Positions 59,483 to 64,000 of a DNA stretch of 64,000 nucleotides are shown piece after piece. A model generated the notes under the pieces. The model had not been told where the DNA came from and ran no database searches. It worked only from the letters and a program-made list of their open reading frames with translations. The stretch is from assembly GCA_963743305.1 (NCBI GenBank), contig CAVUPH010000015.1:1-64000 (forward strand). Direction: 5' to 3'. This DNA comes from an uncultured delta proteobacterium. GTDB lineage: Bacteria > Desulfobacterota > RBG-13-43-22. The translations under genes and the position numbers were made by a program. Numbering within the stretch: position 1 is the stretch's first letter; every line of letters begins with the position of its first letter.

Positions 59483-61084
59483 TTAGCTGGCCCGGCTGAA
59501 GTAATCGGGGGATATTCCCGGCCAGGGGTTGTCGACCTGCTCCATCTGAACCAAGTCAGGCTCGGCCAGCCGGGTGAAATCCGACAGGTCCTTGGCCGCC
59601 CAGATCAACCGCTGAAACCGCTGATGGTGGTGGTGAAATCGTTGGTTGGCGTATTCCTTGGCCTGGGTGGTAAACAACAGGAAAGGCCAGTCGCTTCCCT
59701 CCATGAGAAGGAGTTCCCGGGCCAGTTGGCGCAATATCCGGTTTCCCCGTTCATCCACCTCCCGGCCCGATAAAGTGACTTGTTCCAAAACTTTTTCCAG
59801 CTCGCGGCTGGAGCCGTTGATATAAGGCCAGATCCAGCCGTGCTCCGGGTTCAGCCAGACGGTGAAGTCGCTGTTCATCCCCCAGGTGCTCACCCCCAAA
59901 TTGATCGTGGAAAAGCCTTCCTTTCGTCGATCTACGAAGTCGCCCAGGCTACCCGTCTTTACCTCCTCTTCTCCGGCCAGGCGGCGGAAGACCCGGTCGA
60001 TCCACTCCACTCCTTCATGCCACCAGTGGCCGAAGAGCTCGCCGTCATAAGGACTGACGATAAGTGGTTCCTGGTTGGAGGTTTCTCGCTCCAGTCGGAA
60101 GGACTCCTCCCGGAGCAAGGAAACAAAATGATCGGCCTGGCTTTCCACCCGTTCCCGGGCCATTTCCGGGTCATAGCGGGCCTTCTCCGGGCCGCCTGTC
60201 ACCCGGCAATAATGAAGACCGGATTCGGAATCCTTGGCATGAAATTCCAGGTACCAGGGATCGCCCGGGTAGCCTGTCTCCGCCGACCAGACCTGGCGGC
60301 CGGTGGCTTCATTGCGTCCGAAAACCCCCACCCCGGAGGGCAGCCGGTATCCCCGGCCGGTGCCGGGCCGGCTTTCCTCATATTGTTTTCCAGGAAGCCG
60401 GCCCGGGTCAGCCCGACCCCCTCCACAAAGAAATAGGTCAGGCCTTCGTCGGCCAGCCACTGGTCGATTCCCTTCCGTTCGCGCTTTTCCGCCTCCACCC
60501 ACTGGGCCGGACGGTAGGCGCACTCCGGCAGCCAGAAACCCCGCGGTTGCCGGCCGAAATATTTCCGGTACGTTTCCACCCCGAGGCGGATTTGAGAGAA
60601 GACGCTCGAGTCCCGTTCCAAGAGGGGCAGGAAGCCGTGAGTGGCCGCCGAAGTCAGGACCTCGATCACCCCTTCTTCCTGGAGCCATTTCAGGGTTCCC
60701 AAGATATCCCGGTAGAAGTCATGAACGTAGGCCTGAAAATGGCCTTGGAAGCGCTCCCGCCAGTATTCGGCAATTCGCCGGTTCTCGGGATTGCCCTGGA
60801 ATCTGCGGCCATCCTCCTCGGCCCGGCGGATCTTATCTTCCAGGTACTCGGTGAACCTTTGGTTCATATAAGGATCGGCCAGTTGCTCGGCCAGAATGGG
60901 AACCACGCCGATCATAATCCCCGGGCGGAGCCCATCCATCTGAAATCCGCGCAGCACCCGCAGCAGCGGGATATAGGTTTCATTCATGGCCTCGAAGAGC
61001 CATTCCTCTCCGGCCGGCCAGACCCCGGACTTACGGCAATAGGGAATATGGCAATGGAGCATTAGGGCAAAAGATACCCGGCAT
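59483..61084 (-). CDS. GH57 1,4-alpha-glucan branching enzyme (DUF1957), frameshifts near 61070 and 60388
   Basis: LHCHIPY, EWLFEA..ETY.P, ATHGFLP, FWLPECAY, GYPGD.WY.EFH, PYDGELFGHWWHEG, ELLL...SDWPF. Confidence 0.9.
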
Positions 61085-61160
61085 AAGAAGATCTCCGACT
61101 CAGCACTTCAATTCGCAAACCGCAGAGTACAAAGAATTGGACCAATCCCTTGAAAAGTTT

Positions 61161-61249
61161 AGAATGCTGGAATAGTGGAATTATGGAAAAAGAGCTTTGC
61201 TGGGAGGCTACACCCATTATTCCAGTTTTCCATTATTCCAATCTTCCCT
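61161..61249. repeat. Palindromic octamer repeat (TGGAATAG / ATTATTCC type)
   Basis: GAATGCTGGAATAGTGGAATTATGGA ... CCCATTATTCCAGTTTTCCATTATTCCAATCTTCC. Confidence 0.7.
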
Positions 61250-61272
61250 GCGCCTTTCTTCCATCTTCGTCT

Positions 61273-62451
61273 TTACCCTTCGTTCCGCACGATCAACGCC
61301 ACTCCCTGCCCCCCTCCCAGACACATGGTGGCCAGGCCCAGTTCTTTCCCGGAACGGCGCAGCTCATAGATGAGCTTGGTCAGGATGACCCCGCCGGTGC
61401 CGCTGATGGGATGGCCCAGGGCAATGGCCCCGCCGTTGACGTTGACCCTTTCCGGGTCCAATCCTAATTCGCGGATACAGGCCAGAGACTGGGAGGCAAA
61501 GGCCTCGTTCAGTTCCACCAGGTCGATCGCCGCCAGGGACAGGCCGGTCTTTTTCAGGACCGAGCGAGTGGCCTCAATCGGTCCAATGCCCATCAAGGAG
61601 GGTTCCACCCCGACCGAGGCATAACCGACGATAGACACCAGCGGTTTTAACCCCAGATCGCGGGCCTTGTCCCGGGAGGCCACCACCAGGGCGGAGGCCC
61701 CATCGTTCATGCCGCTGGAGTTGCCCGCCGTTACCGTACCCCCGGAGCGGAATACGGGCTTCAATTTGGCCAAATCCTCCAATGTGGTCTCCGGCCGCGG
61801 GTGTTCGTCCTGTTTAAAAAGAATGATCTTCCCCTTGGATTGCGGCACGGGAACAGGCACGATCTGTTCGTCGAACAGCCCCCCTTTCAGGGCCTGGGCC
61901 GCCTTCTTCTGGCTCTCCAGGGCAAAGGCGTCCTGATCGGTCCGGCTGATCTGATATTTTTCCGCCACATTTTCGGCCGTTTCCCCCATGGTGTTGCCGC
62001 TGATGGGATCGAACAGGACCAACTGATCCATGAGCTGCCCATGCCCCAGCCGGTATCCCCAACGGGCTTTGGTCAGGAGATAACCGGCGTTACTCATGTG
62101 TTCCAGCCCTCCGGCCACCAGGACTTGGGCGTCACCGGCCTTGATCGCCTGGGCCGCCAGAAAAACCGATTTCAGCGATCCGCCGCAGGCCTTGGCCACG
62201 GTAAAATTAGGCACCGGGATGGGGATGCCGGCGTCCACGGATATGGGCCGCGCCATATTGGGCGGCAGCTCGCCGGTCCGGTATTGCTGGGCGAAAACGA
62301 CCTCCTCCACTTGGCCCGGCTCCAACCCGGCCCTTTCCATGGCGGCTTTAATCACCAAAGCCCCCAGGGCCCGGTCGGTGACATTTTTCAGGGTCCCGCC
62401 AAACCGTCCCACCGCCGTTCGCACGGCACTGACAATCACAGGTTCATTCAT
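61273..62451 (-). CDS. Thiolase (acetyl-CoA C-acyltransferase)
   Basis: [49 protein letters not shown]. Confidence 0.95.
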   Translation of the reverse strand: MNEPVIVSAVRTAVGRFGGTLKNVTDRALGALVIKAAMERAGLEPGQVEEVVFAQQYRTGELPPNMARPISVDAGIPIPVPNFTVAKACGGSLKSVFLAAQAIKAGDAQVLVAGGLEHMSNAGYLLTKARWGYRLGHGQLMDQLVLFDPISGNTMGETAENVAEKYQISRTDQDAFALESQKKAAQALKGGLFDEQIVPVPVPQSKGKIILFKQDEHPRPETTLEDLAKLKPVFRSGGTVTAGNSSGMNDGASALVVASRDKARDLGLKPLVSIVGYASVGVEPSLMGIGPIEATRSVLKKTGLSLAAIDLVELNEAFASQSLACIRELGLDPERVNVNGGAIALGHPISGTGGVILTKLIYELRRSGKELGLATMCLGGGQGVALIVRNEG

Positions 62452-62541
62452 AGTATTCTTCCTCTTTCTTTGCTTTTTTCGTCTTCTTTGCTTCCTTCTT
62501 CCCTCTCCGTCGAAAGCGCCTATGCCGCCTCGGCGACTCAA

Positions 62542-63429
62542 TCAGGCCTTCGTCGGTCCCAGCCGGGTCCCGTCCGGGCCGTATTCGTACCAGCCGCGGC
62601 CGGTCTTGCGGCCCAGCCATCCGGCCTGGACCCTCCGCCGCAGCCCGGCCGGCGGATACCAGCGGGGGTCTTTGGTCTCCTCGTAAATCGCCAGCAGGGC
62701 CCCGTGGGTCACGTCCAGGCCCACCAGGTCTCCGGTTTCAAAGATGCCCATCTTGCGTCCGGAAGCCAGCCGCAGCCCCTTGTCCACATCCTCGATACCG
62801 GCCACGCCCATCTCCACCAGACGCATGGCTTCCAGCGCCGCCGGAAAATTAATGCGGTTGATCAGGAAGCCGGGTACGTCCTTGTGAACCAGGATCGGCT
62901 CCTTTTTGACCTGAAGGACAAACCGTCGTCCGGCCTCAAAGGCCTCGTCGCTGGTGAATTGACCGCGGACGACCTCCACGGCTTCCATCATGGGGGCCGG
63001 GCTGAAGAAGTGCAGACCCAGGACCTTATCGGGTCGTCGGGTCCCGGCCGCCAGGGTACTGATGCTGATGGCGCTGGTATTGGAGGCCAGCAGGGCCTCC
63101 GGCCGGGCCACGGCGTCAAACCGGGCAAAGATCTCCTGTTTGACTTCCAATTTTTCGAAGACGGCCTCGAGACAAAGATCGGCCTCCGCCGCCCGGCCGA
63201 AATCCGTGGTAGTGGCCATGCGGCCCATCACGGCCTCCAACGGCCCGGCCGCCTTTCCTTTTTCAATCAGCTTCCCGGCGCTCCAGGCAATGTTCTTGGT
63301 CGCCTTTTCCAGTACCTCCGGACCGATATCGCCGAGGATTACTTCCAGCCCGGCCTGGGCGCAGACCTGCGCGATGCCCGAACCCATAAGCCCGGCACCG
63401 GCAATAAATACCTTTTTAATTTCCATCAT
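62542..63429 (-). CDS. hbd: 3-hydroxybutyryl-CoA dehydrogenase
   Basis: GAGLMGSGIA, EAVFEKLEVK, ASNTS, HFFSP, LGRKTGRGWY. Confidence 0.88.
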   Translation of the reverse strand: MMEIKKVFIAGAGLMGSGIAQVCAQAGLEVILGDIGPEVLEKATKNIAWSAGKLIEKGKAAGPLEAVMGRMATTTDFGRAAEADLCLEAVFEKLEVKQEIFARFDAVARPEALLASNTSAISISTLAAGTRRPDKVLGLHFFSPAPMMEAVEVVRGQFTSDEAFEAGRRFVLQVKKEPILVHKDVPGFLINRINFPAALEAMRLVEMGVAGIEDVDKGLRLASGRKMGIFETGDLVGLDVTHGALLAIYEETKDPRWYPPAGLRRRVQAGWLGRKTGRGWYEYGPDGTRLGPTKA

Positions 63430-63527
63430 TGTTCCTTCTCCAAAAGCTGTGAGTTGCTTATCCCCTAATGGCTATTCGTAGATTGTTGAAGGCCGAAGGC
63501 CGTTATATAAATTTTTCGAAGAAAAAT

Positions 63528-64000
63528 TTATTTGGCTGTTACGCTTTCCGGCAGCCGTCGGGTGAGTATATCCACGGTTTCTTCGACCAGATCCTCCAGT
63601 ACCTGACGGGCGGGTTTGATCTCCTTGATCAACCCGGAGATCTGGCCGGCGAGGCCGCCTACGTATTCGTCCTGGTTGGCCTCCACGAAGGCCCCTAACA
63701 GCGCGGAAGAAATCAACACCTGGGAAGGAAACGGCAGGGGCTCCAGGCCGGATTGATCCCAGAGATCATGGTACCGGTTGTAACTGGCCCGCAAGGTCTT
63801 GCCCGAATAAGCCCGGCTGACCCGGGTATCCTCATCGGTGGATTCGATGATCCGGCGCTTGTTCACATCCAGGGCCCCGCCCTCGTTGGTGGCCAGGAAC
63901 CGGGTTCCCACCCAGACCCCGATGCAGCCCATGGCCAGGGCCGCGGCCACACCGCGACCGTCGCCGATGCCGCCGGCGGCCAGCACGGGAACCGGGAAGG
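63528..64000 (-). CDS. Nitronate monooxygenase/FabK-like flavoprotein (partial, 5' end outside window)
   Basis: PVLAAGGIGDGRG.AAAL.MG..GVWVGTRF, AGQISGLI. Confidence 0.88.
   Translation of the reverse strand, partial: FPVPVLAAGGIGDGRGVAAALAMGCIGVWVGTRFLATNEGGALDVNKRRIIESTDEDTRVSRAYSGKTLRASYNRYHDLWDQSGLEPLPFPSQVLISSALLGAFVEANQDEYVGGLAGQISGLIKEIKPARQVLEDLVEETVDILTRRLPESVTAK

Noticed and set aside
59483-61062. Two overlapping GH57 ORFs as programmed frameshifting or a split enzyme
   Set aside because: One missing A near 60388 joins them, matching the window-wide indel pattern.
61801-63468. 555 aa plus-strand ORF
   Set aside because: Antisense shadow across the thiolase and hbd genes.

Overview
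GC-rich bacterial DNA whose gene content and intergenic palindromes point to an anaerobic Desulfobacterota (deltaproteobacterial) genome; the taxonomy is inferred. The window is mostly organic-acid and acyl-CoA catabolism: three Liv-type ABC importers, acyl-CoA ligases, an acyl-CoA dehydrogenase and carboxylase, EtfAB, thiolase and a BKACE cluster. It also has a TPP-riboswitch thiM-thiW-ECF operon, a PAS kinase/NarL pair, RND efflux parts, a Wzx flippase, an RNB nuclease, a GH57 branching enzyme and an orphan HigA. Many single-base frameshifts and several abrupt junctions suggest an error-prone assembly, so pseudogene calls are tentative. No rRNA, tRNA, CRISPR array or transposase was recognised. 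Signals the ORF track misses: (1) a DedA-rhodanese selenoprotein with an in-frame UGA in a C-S-U-P-N-E motif and a SECIS-like hairpin; (2) a two-copy, covarying three-hairpin element that supplies the ribosome-binding site for both livH and etfB and shares its ends with a MITE-like family; (3) a second two-copy structured element closed by TTCGCCCTT/AAGGGCGAA, a candidate ncRNA; (4) an apparent in-frame AspT/YidE transporter-GNAT fusion.
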